Source of the DNA: Eledone cirrhosa
Lineage: Eukaryota
Length of the DNA: 64,000 nucleotides
Direction: 5' to 3'
NCBI GenBank assembly: GCA_964016885.1
Contig: OZ024742.1
Location: forward strand, 115,010,001-115,074,000
Position 1 is the first letter of the stretch, and each line of letters opens with the position of its first letter. Below are positions 41,822 through 56,797 of this stretch, one piece after another. A program made the position numbers and the translations under genes. The notes beneath the pieces were generated by a model. The model ran no database searches. It saw only the letters and a program-made list of their open reading frames with translations, and was not told the origin of the DNA.

Positions 41822-44305
41822 AAAATCATCTGCAAATGTGCATGTGACAATCCTCTTTTTTGGAATTCAATTACGTATGTAAAAGCAACTATACCTCCAA
41901 AGATTCCATCTTTTGCCACATCATCCATTATCTTTTTCAGATATCCTTTGAATACTCTTGCCACAATATCAGGAAGGTCCTTTGTCTGTTCTCCTGACAA
42001 AAAGTGCATCCTAAATATCAGTCCATTCAGGATTGCATGTAACCGTTATAAACAAATCTGGCTTTCCAAACTTCCTGACAATAGCCATTGCATCCTGATA
42101 GCGAATGTTCATATATCTCGGGCGGCAGATGAACGACGATGGCAAAATGACGCGTCGACCAATTTGCTTGTAAATGGCATCATCGGCTGTTATCGCATCC
42201 TGTATATTATTATACTATTCAGCTCTGATATGTTGCTGATGGGTAGCTATATAATTTAGCCTTTGATTTTCGATCTTTGCGAATGCCATACAACAGTATT
42301 CCTGGAACAATCTGCTGGCTTGAAATAGCGCATTTCTCTGTTGATACCTCTCGTTCAAATGGAACGCGTAAAAGTCGCGAACCGAATTATTGTGTCTATT
42401 GCCACCTCCCTGTTGATGCTGATTCTCATGATCATCTAAATGAACAGACATGTTCCATCCATTTTCACATTTTGGGAATAAAAGAACATAATGCCCTATT
42501 TGACTAATTAATAGTCTTGAGACCACCATCTCTGCGATTCAGGACGATATATCTCGATCCAGGCTTATCGTCCATCAACAGAGCAACTTCACAACATCCT
42601 CCAGGGGCATTATATCGCCGTTCGTGTTGATTATTGGCACTGCGTCAGCCTGAAACACCAATCTTTGCTGCTGAACATACAGCCACAAACATGAAATCCA
42701 TAACATAAGGATTACACTGTCTAAGCCATGATTGCAAATCACGGATCAAATCACTTAACCATTGAAGTTTAGTTATATTTCCCGGCAACTTCATCCAACA
42801 GATCCTCATATCCTCCTCCGATTCACTATAATCTGGATCGTTAACGCAGATTTGAGCGAATCGAGGCCTCTCTCCTGGGGTAACTTCTAAATTACCGATA
42901 CAATGATACAAACGGCCTTGAATGATTACATTCGGTTGCCATGCTCCACTCTCAAACATCTAACTAACTCTTTGCGATGCTAAAGCTAATGAATTTTTAA
43001 TTTGCCGCGAATATTTGAGAAGTAATCTACCTCGGTTTCCTTGATCACCCCACATACTTAGTATTTTAAACTCCGGTGACTTCCCATCATCCGGCATTGT
43101 GGTCCACGTCTTTTCGTGCCTTCCAAGCAATGCTCCACAATGTGTGCATTCTGCTCGTCCACCAAGCTGAAAATGACACGGTTGCCATGATCCATTTTAA
43201 TATCATTCGTTCGACTTCAAGCCTCTTTACTGGATTGAGGAGCATTTTGGCGACACATTCTCTGAACTTCTGTTTGCGCTGGCGATGTTCATCCAGCTCC
43301 TCTTCATCCATCGAAGCACGCCGTTGTTGCTGAATTCTGACCATCTGCTGATGATGCTCAGCCAGTTCGTATTCAGCCATCGCAGCACGCCGACGCCGCT
43401 TAGCTCCAGTGTTTCTTTGGCGTTGTTCAGCCGGCTCCACTTCATTCATGGCGGCACGTCTTCGCCTCTCAAGTTCGGCCTTCCGATGGCGCTGTTCGGC
43501 CAGTTTTTCTTCATTACTGGCTGCACGCCGTCGCAGCTCTAGTTCACTGTTTGATGAAGCCGAATTGCTTTTATGATCAGAAATCATTTCGAGCAATTGT
43601 CAAAACATGACACAATAATAAATATAAAAGATGTTCTGCAATGTAAAGAAAGGTAACACGCACACACATGTTGAGAGTTTTTACTTTCTGAGGAACGCTA
43701 CACACACGCACACACACATAAACATACGCGCACGTACATACACACGTACACTTGTGAATAGTTATTGCTTTCCTTCTCTTATTTCCACACACATCACACA
43801 CACACACATCTCTCTACACTGACACATATACATAGTGTATACAAAATGACACAATAATAAATATGAAAGATGTTCGGCAATGTAAGGAAAGGTCCCTATT
43901 TACTCCCTTCACAACTCTGTGTATGTTAGACTAACAGACAGGCACACATAGAGATAAACTGCGTGGCGATTGTGGAACGCCACACACTTACACTCATAGA
44001 AATGCACACACGCACGCAAACTTACACATGCACACACTCACACATGTTGATAGTTTTTACTTTCTGCGCAACGCTGCACGCACGCACACACACATAAACA
44101 TACGAGCAAGTACATACACACGCACACATATTAATAGTTATTGAACACAGCGTTCCCACTCTCCCCTCTCACTCCCTCATTGGCATTATGCATATCAATT
44201 TCAGTTTGGTGCCGTTGGGGTGGGCGGAGTCGTTTGGAACCTATGAACCAATGATAATCGATAATTATGACACACGGAATAATGACGTTCTTTAAATTAA
44301 TAAAT
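41822..44305 (-). mobile_element. 3'-truncated Helitron copy (5' end and N-terminal Rep region)
   Basis: Paralogous to 48085-50360. LFQEYCCMAFAKIE, IEFQKRGLSHAH, RRRAAM repeats. Confidence 0.88.
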
Positions 44306-44307
44306 AT

Positions 44308-47300
44308 ACTTGATGACTTACCCAGCTTCGCCCGGTAAACAGATGATAAGAGAAGACAGGTAAAAGAGAAAATGACTGTATTGGATGTTTGCCTGGTTAC
44401 AGTATGAGGCGATATTCAGATATACCAGATTCTTCGTTGTACGGTTTGTGCATAGTTTATGAACAATTCTAGGTGCTCCCACCTAGAATAGTGACCTCTA
44501 GGAGATGGTTCATCTTCTGCCTGGCTGTAAAACGCGTATCATTGTATAGACGTGGTTGTTCCACGTTTCTCAAAAGGATGATGGAAGTTCCAATCTTTTA
44601 TATTATATGTAGATATAGATATAGATAATTAATATAAAAGATGTCCCTCAATGTAAAAAAGGTCCCTATTTACTTGAAATGGTTTATACAAATGCCAAAT
44701 TAATATGGATATGGATAACATGATTATTTATAAGTGGTCAGCTATAATAATAAAACAACAAATTATATGACAAAAAAATGTATTCAGTAATTTCCAGGCC
44801 TAAGCCACTGAGTAATAGAAAGTCAATATTGCCCAGAGTTCTACTCGGGGAGGTGGCCTGGTTTGAACTCCAAATGGCGGATCCTTCTACTTCGAAAATA
44901 AAATCGTTTTTCAATATTACTCTAGCCCTGGCCGGCCATAGGCACCAAACATTTGGCCAGACTCAGCATATGATGAGGTTTTATTACCACTGCAATCAAA
45001 AGCGATAAATTTGAAGGCAACTTCTACCAATACATGTTGGTTTTTATTGTTCATTATCGACAATAAATGATATTGAACAGAAATGATAACTCTGTCAAAG
45101 CTCACAATACTGACCAAAGGACATCAATGTCTGAATCATTTACGTCGAATATTCGTAGCAGTGAAGGTAATTTCTACCAATACTTGTTTGTTTTTATTGC
45201 TCATAACGACATTAAATGACATTGAACATAAATGATAACTCTGTCAAAGCTCACAATACTGATCAAAGGAACCAATGTCCGAATCATTTACGTCGCTTAT
45301 TGATAGCATTAAAGATATGCATACATCAGCTCAAAGCTTCATTATAGACAATATTCAGAGTTGTTCCTCTGTTGGTGGTATAAATTGCAAATGTTACACC
45401 ATCAGGATCACACACTCGAGATGCTGCAACATACAGTTGCCCATGGCTGAATGATGGATCATTCAAGTAGACACCGATTCGCTTGAAAGTCTGTCCCTGT
45501 GCCTTGTTGACAATCATGGAGAAGGCCAAATTGACGGGAAACTGTCTCCTATGCCAAATAAATGGCAGCAGATCTTCACTTAGTCTCAGCATGATCCTCG
45601 GAATGAGAACCGAGTCCTCTCTGCCTGGGAGTTTAGCTTCTAAAACTCTTCCGTTAATCAATCTATCAACAATCAATCTGGTACCATTGCAAACACCCAT
45701 TTTATGATTGATATGTCAAAGCAATATAATCGGCATACCCTTTTTCAACCTCAAAATATGAGGGGGGAATCCGGGTATTTGAAGTGAATTCAGATACTCA
45801 GTCGGAATATCCATATTGTTCTGCTGAATAGGCTCCATTGCATCCGCACTGACGGTCAACCATTCCTCTCCAGGAAACATTCCGGCTACTTGTGAATTTA
45901 TTTCATCGACCGTTGCATTCGTATGAGTTAGAATATCGCGTTCCGATATCCAGGAGATATTTTGCCAAAAAGCATTCAAATTCTTGAATACCCAGTCAAT
46001 CAATGCTTGGCGGTCCAGTGGCATGACCAAACGGTCTGGGATCATTACAGTCTGATTATCCCCAACGTGTGCCAATTTATCGTTTCCCAACTGCATCAAC
46101 CATTGGCCGTATGTCTCAGCCTCTTCGTTTTGCCCGAATACACGAAGTCGCATATTATCGTGTAATCGCAAAACTCTGAAATGGCGCCACAACGGGGACT
46201 TTTTCAGACATACATCGCAAATCTGCGCCCTTTCAGCATTCCTAACAATTGATAGCACCTGTCTGAAATCGCCACCAAGAACGATAGTCTTACCACCGAA
46301 TGGCAGGTCACTGCCGCATATATCTCTTTAAGTTATGTGCAATGCCTCCAGAAAATATCTGTGTGCCATTGGAGTCTCGTCCCAAATAATCAGAGACGTA
46401 TTGCGTATAAGGCCCTCGAGTTCACTTTGTCCTGTAATGTTACAGACACTCAACTCATCCGGAGCCAATGGAGCCTTGAAACATGAGTGGAAGGTCCTTC
46501 CACCACTCAGCAAAATGGCAGCGAACCCACTGGTGGCCACAGGGAGAGCAATCTTCCTCTGAGCTCTGACTGCTGATAACATAGTGTTGAAACAGAATGT
46601 CTTTCCGGTGCCTCCTGGAGCATCTATGAAAGCAGAAAGCAGCTCATTGGTTGAAATCGAGTGGAGAACGCCATCGACCAATTCTCTCTGAGATTGGGTC
46701 AACATTGGCATACGTTCATCCACGATACGTTGCTGTTCCAGTGGATCAAACTGGAATAGTTCCCTCCGATCGAGTGGAAACCGTCTAAGCTGCAATCTCA
46801 TGTTCAATGCTAAGACACGTTGCCGCACTTCTTCATCAGGAATTGGCAAATTGAAATCTGTTAAACATTTGAAATTAACTTCAAGCAGTTGCTCAATATT
46901 GAGCAAAACAATAGCTTTCATCAAATTTTCATCATCGACCTGAACCTGATGCCTAAATTCATCAGCCATAATTCCCCAACGCGTTCAAATAACTCTCTTG
47001 GATCGGCAGGATTGCAGAATGCTAGAATCGTGACAAACAACTGCCTTATTTGAGCTGGCATCTGTGTTCTTCCTGCAGCTTCCATGGCGTTATTCCATTC
47101 AGTGTCATCCTTAAGGAGTCCCAGATTTTGACAGACAGCCTGGTATGTTTCATATTCCACGCCATCGATTGTTTTCAAATCAGCGAAGCTCTGTTTACCT
47201 CTCGAAAAATCATTATGCAACATAATTCGGAAATAAAACACATCACCAGATGCTGGATGGACATTACAAACCCGTCCAATAGTCATGAATCTCAACTTTT

Positions 47301-50300
47301 GTTTTCTATCATTCCATGTTTTCCCTTCTTATCCCACGTATAGTGCGAAGGGAAATCGCTGTAGAGTTGCCTTTGATCCGGGTTCAAAGCATGTTCCCTA
47401 TTATGCTTGAACCACTCAGTCAATTCCGTCTTAGGAGATGGTGCGTTAGCAATTCTTTCGACACCTCTTCTAGTGTGCTGAAAACAGACTGTTTGCCTAT
47501 TTTCTAAGTCAACCGTCAGTTTCTGAACGCTGGGTTTGTATTCATTGAGATCAAAATCGAACAATCTCCAGCAAGCTTCGCTAGATCCAATCGAGCGAAC
47601 ATCCAGGAACCTACGAACTTCATCTCCTTGGTTCGCTTCCTCATTTATGACATTGATCATTGCCCGATCATGACCTTTGTAAACATATTTGAATTAGATA
47701 TTTGCAAGCTTTCACTGAGCTACACATTTTCACATTAATATGACAACGATATTTTATAATCAAATATGGATTGTATGGCACAACCCATTGATTTGTAACC
47801 TGTCCACCATTTACATTTTCGACCAAACCGCCATCTGCAGGCGACCGTCTTCTGTATGAGGGATGAGCATGTCCTTCGTTCCAGGAAGTGTTCGTGACAA
47901 AAGATTTCGGAAAGTGATTACTGCATTGGCCATTTTTCATGCAAGGCGCTTTCCGATTTGCCACACCGCATTGGTTGTGCACCATTGACTTTACCACCAA
48001 GTTGCGTAGTGCCTCATTTTTCGGCAGTTCAGCACACACAATGCTGTCGACATGCTCAGCACATCTCAATTTGCAATCAATAGATAAAATGATCAGCAAA
48101 TGTGCATGTGGCAATCCTCTTTTTTGCAATTCAAAAGTAAACTATATGTTGTAAAAGCAACTATACCTCCAAAGATTCCCTCTTTTTCCACATCTTCCAT
48201 TATCCTTTTCAGATATCCTTTGAATACTCTTGCCACAATATCAAGACGGGCCTTTGGCTGTTGTTCTGGCAAAAGTGCATCCTTAACCGTTATAAACAAA
48301 TCTGGCTTTCCAAACTTCCTGGCAATAGCCATTGCTTCCTGATAGCGAATGTTCATATATCTCGGGCCGCCGATGAACGACGATGGCAAAATAATGCGTC
48401 GACCAATTTGCTTGTAATTGGCATCATCGGCTGTTATCGTATCTTGTATATTATTATACTATTCAGCTCTGATATGTTGCTGATGTCTAGCTATATAATT
48501 TAGCCTTTGATTTTCGATCTTTGCGAATGCCATACAACAATATTCCTGGAACAATCTGCTGGCTTGAAATAGTGCATTTCTTTGTTGATTCCTCACGTTC
48601 AAATGGAACGAGTAAAAGTCGCGAATCGAATTATTGTGTCTATTGACACATCCATGTTGATGCTGATTCGCATGATCATCTAAATGTACAGACATGTTCC
48701 ATGCATTTTCACCTTTTGGGAATAAAATAACATAATGCAATGCATCGTATGCCCTATTTTACTCATTGATAGTCTTGAGACCACCATCTATGCGATTGAG
48801 GACGATATCTTTCGATCCAGGCTTATTGTCCATCGACACAGCAACTTCACGAAATCCTTCACAGGCATTATATCGCCATTCGTGTTGATTCCTTGGCACA
48901 GCGTCAGCCTTAATCACCAATGTTTGCTGCTGAACATTCAGCCACCAACATGAAATCTGTAACATTAGGATTACACTGTCTAAGCCATGATTGCAAATCA
49001 CGGATCAAATCACATAACCTTTGCCGTTCAAGTTCAGTTATATTTCCCGAAAACTTCACCCAACCGTCCTGATAACCTCCTCCGAGTCCTTATAATCTGG
49101 ATCGTTAACGTACATTTGAACGAATCGAGGCCGCTCTCCTGGGGTAACTTCTAAATTACCGATTCAATGATACAAACGATCTTGAATGACTACATTCGGT
49201 TGCCATGTTCCACTCTCAAACATCTAACTAACTCTCTGCGATGCTAAAGCTAATGAATTGTTAATTTGCCGCGAATATTTGCGCAGTAATCTACCTCGGT
49301 CTCCTTGATCACGTCACATATTTAGTATTTTAAACTCCGGTGACTACTCGTCATCCGGCATTCGCAAGCGTTCTAGTTGAACTGCTCCTTTATGAGAGCA
49401 CATTGTGGTCCACCTCTTTTGGTGCCTCCAAAGCAATGAACCACAATGTGGTCACTCTGCTCGTCCACCAATCTGAAAATGATACGGTAGCCATGATCGA
49501 TTTTTAATATCATCCGTTCGCCTTCTAACCTCTTTACTGGAATGAGGAGCACTTTGACGACACATTCTCTGAACTTCTGTATTGCGCTGGCGTTGTTCAG
49601 CCGGCTCCTCTTCTTCCATCGCAGCACGTCGTTGCTGCAGAATTCTGGCCATCTGCTGATGATTCTCAGGCAGTATGTCTTTAAACATCGCAGCACGCCA
49701 TCGCTGCTTGGCTCCAGTGTTTGGTTGGCGTTTTTCAGCCAGCTGCTCTTGATTCATGGCGGCACGTCATCGCCTCTGAAGTTCGGCGTTCCGATGTCGC
49801 TGTCGGCCAGATTTTGTTCATTCCTGGCTGCACACCGTCGCCGCTATAGTTCACTGTTTGATAAAGTCGAATTGTTTTTATTATCAGTATTCATTTCGAG
49901 CAATTGTCAACAATTGACAATAATAAATATAAAAGATGTACGTCAATGTAAAAAAAAAAGGCCCATATTTACTTCCTTCACAACTCTGTGTATGTTAGAC
50001 TGACAGACAGGCACACGTACAGGTAAAGTGCATGGCGATTGTGGAACGCCACACACATACACGCATGAAAACGCGCACACGCACGCAAACTTACACTCAC
50101 ATATGTTCATAGTTTTTACTTTCTGTGGAACGCTGCACGCACACACACACACATAAACATACGCGCACGTACATACACACGCAAACATGTTAATAGCTAT
50201 TGAACACAGCGTTCACACTATCCTCTCTCAATCTGTCATTGGCATTATGCATATTAATTATGGTTTGGCGTAGTTGCGGTGGGCGGAGTCGTTTGAAACC

Positions 50301-50355
50301 TATGAACAAATGATAATCGAGAATAATGACACACGGAATACTGACGTTCTTGAAA

Positions 50356-50360
<5 letters not shown>
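44308..50360 (-). mobile_element. Autonomous-type Helitron, decayed
   Basis: 3' hairpin accgggcgaagctgggt followed by a CTAG-like caag (minus strand, 44308-44337). 5' end abuts (TA)n. RepHel remnants inside. Confidence 0.92.
45326..49860 (-). pseudogene. Helitron RepHel (HUH endonuclease + PIF1-like SF1 helicase), multiple frameshifts
   Basis: QKRGLPHAHLL, VVPYNPYL, ACKYL, EACWRLF, DAPGGTGKTF, IIWDE, GGDFRQ, PPHILRLKKG, CNGTRL, KAQGQTF, FSHGQLYVAASRV. Confidence 0.95.
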
Positions 50361-50397
<37 letters not shown>

Positions 50398-51261
50398 TAT
50401 AGGACAAAGGATTCACACGGCCAGGAATATGGAAGCCTACATTAATGACATAAAGTTATGTATGTACTCCGCAAAGCTTACAAAATAACCACTTATCCTG
50501 TGGTAGGACCACCAACAAGACCCGTCTATGGAGCAAACATAGCCACCAACTTCGAGATGTCCTACTTCCTATCAATGACCAAACGCCCCATAATCAAGTT
50601 GTTACTAGAGGTGCATAGCCATGTACTGTTGCTATATTGGCCATATTAATAAAGTAGTTAAACTAGCCCAGGAGAGAGTACCAACAAATAGGAACTAGAA
50701 GCTAGCACCACAGTGAGCATCGGTAAAATAGCTAAATTTCATCGATCAGAACATTATGGTAAGAGTAGAAAGCCTCACTAGGGACCCAAATAATAGATTA
50801 CCCGTTTTAGACTCAGAGCTTTGGATAGAAAGTAGGAATAATAAAGCCCATATACTCCATTAATCTTATACCCAAACCAAGGCCTCCAAGTAACTCATCC
50901 ACCGAACGTCACCTATCGCAAATAGTGTTAAGGAACATCTCTGGTTATAACCAAGAAAACAGGATTAGTGTGTAAAAAGGAGACATTGCTAAATTCAAAC
51001 ACATTATGAAGAATGGCATCAATGGGATTTGCACATACTACAAGATCAAATCCTGGAAGTGTTTTTAAAGGACTGCGACAAAGATATAGAAGATCAACTT
51101 ATGGTATGACTGCCAAAAATACCACGTTGTTATGTCCATCCATACATCCCTAGAGGCAAACTTGCACATGGTTTTAGAAAAGCTTAAAACAAAATGTCCA
51201 TTAGGATTAAAGTAGTAGAAGAACTAGGATGTAGCATAAAATCCCGGATCAGTATGTCATA

Positions 51262-51585
51262 TCCTTTTATGGAAAACCCTGTAAGGATAGAAACTGCATA
51301 GTGTGTAAGGTGATGTCACAGATAAACTGTAAAACAAGAAATGACGACAATAGAATAAGATGAACAGACCATAGTATAGGAGAGATTAAAGGAACACTTG
51401 CGAGAAATTAAATAGGGCAAAAGCTCATCAGTGCTATACCTACATGCCCAACTTGAACATAAGGGTTCAATATATAACATAGAAACAAAGATTCTCTCAA
51501 TGGTAAGAATTAACGCAACACTCAAACAAATTACAGAGGCGACTCACAAAATAGATGATAGCCCTAGAGTGGAAGAGAACAGCTT
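51262..51585 (+). pseudogene. Decayed GIY-YIG endonuclease of a second PLE type, missed by the ORF track
   Basis: Manual translation: GKPCKDRNCIVCKVMSQINCKTRN, then ERLKEHLREIK*GKSSSVLYLHAQLEH..KILS..LKQITEATH. Confidence 0.65.
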
Positions 51586-51970
51586 GCAACTTAATGACTG
51601 AAGACAGAATAAGGAGAAAGGCATGCAATGTACAAACAGCAAAGCAGCAAAATAAAAACCGACACATACATATAGCACACGTAGACATGACAAACACAAT
51701 ACCATATACAGTCTCACAGGCGTAAACAATTGGACAGAGACGAAACGGCCCTCAAGATAGAGTGGAAGTTAAGACTATCAAAAGGAAGGGGTACAACACA
51801 GAGAATCATAGAAGAGGCCACATGATGTGAGACGAAAAACCTTAGTATGAATAACGAAGAAAAAATATGAATTGAAAATTATATGATGCATATATTTATT
51901 TCTATTGGTCATATTTGCAACATGGCCATTCTCAAATACAACAATATAACACATATATACATACATACAC

Positions 51971-52036
<66 letters not shown>

Positions 52037-53301
52037 TGTGTGTGTATGTGTGCGTGGGTGTGTGTATGTGTGTGTGTGTGTGTGTATGTGTGTGTATCTG
52101 TGTTTGTGTGTGTATATAATGTATTTATTATATAATATATTTCATTTTTGCTCTATGGTTCTTATGTATTTGATATATATTTATCCTTATCGAGCTCTCT
52201 TTGGATATCAGTCTTCACATTTATTATTATTGCTATATATAATGCATATATTTTATATATGTATGGGGTAGAATATTGGAATATATGACAACTTCTGAAA
52301 ATATTCAACGTTGAATGAAACTCGGAATTCAAGGCAGAGAACGAGTACGAAAATATGGTTAATTTTCATTTGTAACAATAAACAATGTCACATATAGATA
52401 CATTGCTGAGAAGACATGTCTTAAAATGATACAATTGTATTTTGTTTGCCCAGTAGTAAAGGAATAGAAGAAATGTTCAAATAACCTTTTGAAATGATAT
52501 TATTAAATATGTTCTTTCATACTGGCATAACAAAATGATCATCAAAACAACAACGATAGAGAATATCAATATTTTAGACAATGGAATTATTTTGAAGTAA
52601 TGAATAAGTTGACGGATCTACAAAACCAAACGAAAACGCTTCACAACATCTCCTGTCATGGCTATACTTGAGAACGTGCAGCTTACAGACATTTGGAAAA
52701 TATTAAGTTGTAAATTGGTAAGGCAGTAGAAAAATGACAGCTATAAATTCTATTTAACTAATTCAATAACTAAGAAAAACCAGAAACCCTACATAACATC
52801 TTCTGTTTTATAATATATACGTTTTTTTTTTCTAGTAAGCTGTCTGATTGACAAGGTCTATCAACATATATCAGCAACAAGTGAACAAGAACTTAATTGA
52901 CGATCTGTATTCAAACACATACCTTCATACAAGCATGTATATGATATAGAGGAAAATTATATCTGTGTCAGGGTTTAATGCAAAAATAGTGAACGAACAC
53001 TCACAAAATTATATAATATTTTTCCTTACCCAAACGAACATGTAATGGTAGAAATTATTTCATAGTATAAAACAATACGTATTAACATAAATCAATCTAT
53101 TTTCTCGTTCTCTGTGGTGCAGATATATGACGCGAGAATAAATGAGTGGGAGAGAGAGAATGTTTGTAAAGGATACAGAGGGAGAGCTGAAATTGCAACA
53201 CAAATTTACACATGCACTCCCTTACACAATGTATGCGATTACATGTGTGATGTGTGCATATATGTGTGGCTAAGATATACATTCACATATATATATATAT
53301 G

Positions 53302-54215
53302 CAGTCGAATCCGCTTAAGTGTATATCGGATAAGAGTATAGTTCGCATAAGAGTATAGCATAATCGATTCAAGAATGTATGTACTATGTTTTGTACAGTG
53401 CATGGGTCCGCTTAAGCGTATAGTTCGCATAAGAGTATAGCATAATCAATTCCCGTTTAATTATTTTCTATATAATTTAATCCGAACAAGAGTATAATGA
53501 ATAGGGTAAAGTAAATTGGGCTTCTAATGTAACATAACCATTTTAAAACAATTCAAAATAAAATGCGATGATGTTATTTATACAACCATTCTATAAGCAA
53601 TTGAAAGTTTAATATATGCACATACAAAAATAATAATTGATTGTGAAATAAAAATGTCTTTGAAACGCTCTGCTTTATCCATTACTCAAAGAATATCCAT
53701 TACTCAAAGGTTAGTATGTATAATTTTTATATTTATAATATGAATGTGTATAGGTATCTAACATAACTTTAATCATTTATCAATATTTTAGATCTCTGGA
53801 AAAGAAGGAATAAATACTTTGTTGACTGTACGGTCCCATATGATGCAATCGTTTGAAAATGTTGAAACTTATACTTCGTCTGAGATGGAAGGAATTGATT
53901 AAAAAAAAATTGGGAACAATCTAGTGCAAAAAGGTATTTTGGACTATTTTTAGGAAATAAAAATTGCATACCAATATGTTGAAATATTGCTTAATATATC
54001 TATAATTTGCAATAATTCCTGTTGAATTTGTTGGTGTAACTTTCATTTTATTACTTATAAATGATTTTTAAACCATAATAAAACGATTTTTAATCATTGA
54101 AAGACTCAAAATAATAATACTATGGAATATTTTTACATAGTCTGGATAAGACTATAGTTCAATCAAGAGTATACTATTTTCCATTCCCGAGGGTATACAC
54201 TTAAGCGGACTCGCT
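53302..54215. mobile_element. pogo/Tigger-like non-autonomous DNA transposon (MITE)
   Basis: TIRs cagtcgaatccgcttaagtgtata / tatacacttaagcggactcg, with subterminal repeats ataagagtatag. Confidence 0.75.
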
Positions 54216-54476
54216 TCAGAGAAATCCATTGAATATATATATATGAGAAGAATCACTTTAAATAATTGTGATTTCATGTGCCAATTGTATAACAGATTGA
54301 ATCACGAGTAAGTGTTTTCAGTATTCTTTAATTGAATGATTAAATATCAGCAGATGAGCAGATGTACCTTACATTTATATCACCCCCCCCACCCACCCCC
54401 ACACACACACATACACAGACAAACACACACATACACAGAGACAGCTACACACACACACACACACACCGACACACCG

Positions 54477-54509
<33 letters not shown>

Positions 54510-55284
54510 GAGAGAGAGAGAAGGAGAGAGAAAGAGATTTTAAAAGCATACACAAAGAAAATCAAGCCTAGGTACACAGTAGGAACGCAAATTGTTTTAT
54601 CTTGTACGCTTATATCGAGGGGAATATACTTCATTACAAGGGGCAGTTAAGAGGTCAACAAATCAGGGATCTGCGTACTGGAAATATCGTTAAGAGCTAA
54701 CATATAGTGGAATGTGGAAGACGAATTTTGAAACATTTCGATGTCTTCTTATTCTACCATGGTAGCGAAAATTTCACTCAGGAAAAATAAAAGTATTAAT
54801 CAGCAAAGTTTCTTCATAAGTAAATTAAAGCCTGAACTGGATCGATTACACACATAAAAAAAAATTAATTAGGAAAAAGACTGAATTACGTCCCTTGTAA
54901 TGAACCATATACTTCTCGATATAATCGAAAATATAAATCGGTTGCGTCTCTTGTGTTTGACAAGACCATAAGTGGTCACATACGTGAGATAAACAGAAAC
55001 AACAAGCATTCTTCGAAGGTTGGCGAAAAGGCTGTAAACAAACCTGAAACTGGTAAAAGTAAATAAAATATATAAAATAATCATCAAATTACTTACCTCT
55101 TTCCTTTACTCTATTTTCTTCTCCGTCAAACAGAATCTACAAGTGTCATGTTGGACCATTTATATTGTCCTCTTCCGCCAAAGGACAGGTGGCATCCTGG
55201 AAAGGTCTTACTTATAGATTTTGCATTATATCAGAAATGATTTCCTGGCAACATTCATATCATCATATTGATTTCAGAGGACGT

Positions 55285-55460
55285 TGGACTGGCTGCATCG
55301 GTAGAGCGTCGGACACCCTTCTCCATGCAAGAGAGTGACGGCCCTTTAGGTTTTGAGTTCAAATTCCACCGAACTTAGCTTTATCTGTCATCCTTAGTAG
55401 GTAAATAGCATAACATACCAGTTACACGCTGGGGTCAATTTATTCCATTTTCCTATCCCC
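55285..55460 (+). mobile_element. Degenerate tRNA-derived SINE
   Basis: tggctgcatcggtagagcgtcggac..gagttcaaattccaccga..tcatcctt..taccagtt..ctggggtcaat. Confidence 0.55.
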
Positions 55461-56089
55461 CAAAACTGATGACGATTTGCCTACATCAGAAACCATTATT
55501 ATACTGATTTCATCATTTTTAATGAATATGAGAATAATTGATTATATATAAAACACTACACGTCTGATACTTATTGATCAGAGATAATCTGAATAAATGC
55601 GAAGTTCTAAGATGGAGGAATTCAAACTTAAAACGTAACGCTAGGAGACATAACGAATGTTTCAAAATAGTTTGGCATCTATCACTTTCCATATAATATA
55701 TATATATATAAGTATTGAAGTTTCCGTTGAAAATTGAAAAAGTCATAGGAGTGAAGAGTGCTCTATGTAAGTACCAGAGCAAAATTTACTGTATAATAAA
55801 CAATACAATATAATTACCTCATTACCAGAGGTTTCCCGAATAAAACGAATACTAAAAACGTCCTCATTCGTTCGTCGGACAAGGCAATTTAAAACATAGT
55901 GAAATATTTGAAAAGTCTCCTCAAGAAATGCAAAAAATATATAAATAAAAGTAATGCAAGAGATATATAAAAAAATAAGGAAATATAGTTAGGGTATGTG
56001 TATATGTATGTATATACACCACAAATGTACATATGTGTGTATGTACAAATGCATACAGTCCTGTAGAAGCTCTTCTTTATTAAAACTAT

Positions 56090-56795
56090 ATATATATATA
56101 TATATGTTTTTTTTTTTTTTTTTTTGTGTACGTGCATACCCATGTCGAGTGTTTTCGCGTATGCTTGTGTACGTACCTATATGTATGCGTGTATGTGTAT
56201 ATTTAATTTTAATTACCTCTGTATTTTATTTACTTTATTCTTAACTCTGAAGCCGAGAATCATTCGGTTTCCTAAATAGAATTTTAGTCTACGACTTCAG
56301 TTTTACTATGTACGTGGTTTTCTTTTTGCGTGTAATTGTTCTCAACACTCCACATAATGACGTATTATCTTCGTTTTTTCCGTTCATTCCCACAAAACTT
56401 CTCCATGAACCACCTAATAGAATATTAGTCTAAGACTTAATTTATACCATAAACGTGGTTTTGTCTCTGCGTGTAATTATTTTCACCGCACCAAATTATG
56501 ACGTATTATCTTCGTTTTTTTCCGTTCCTTGCCAGGTGACGTTTCCCCCAACCAATGTATCGTCTTCCTGTCTTCCTTCGGTTACAACGTGTTTTGAAAT
56601 ATTTACTTCTACGTTCACAGATTGACTTTTTTAGTTTCAGAAGATCCCGTTAAAGGTTAAATCAGCGATTCTTTGTTTAAACTTTAATCTGTTATTTTAA
56701 TAAATATTTGCTCTCCGGTTCTTATATATCTGATATATATTCATCCTTATCGAGCCCTCTTTGGATTTTACTCTTCAAATTTATTATTATTACTA
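56090..56795 (+). mobile_element. 3' UTR/pLTR copy of the CAGAAGA PLE family
   Basis: Similar to 12150-12790. Confidence 0.8.
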
Positions 56796-56797
56796 TA

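Noticed and set aside
53302-53450. CRISPR-like short repeats (ataagagtatag)
   Set aside because: Subterminal repeats of a eukaryotic TIR element, with no regular spacers or cas genes.
55090-55200. Minus-strand splice donor (AG|GTAAGT) suggesting a host exon
   Set aside because: A single motif with no supporting acceptor, frame or homology.
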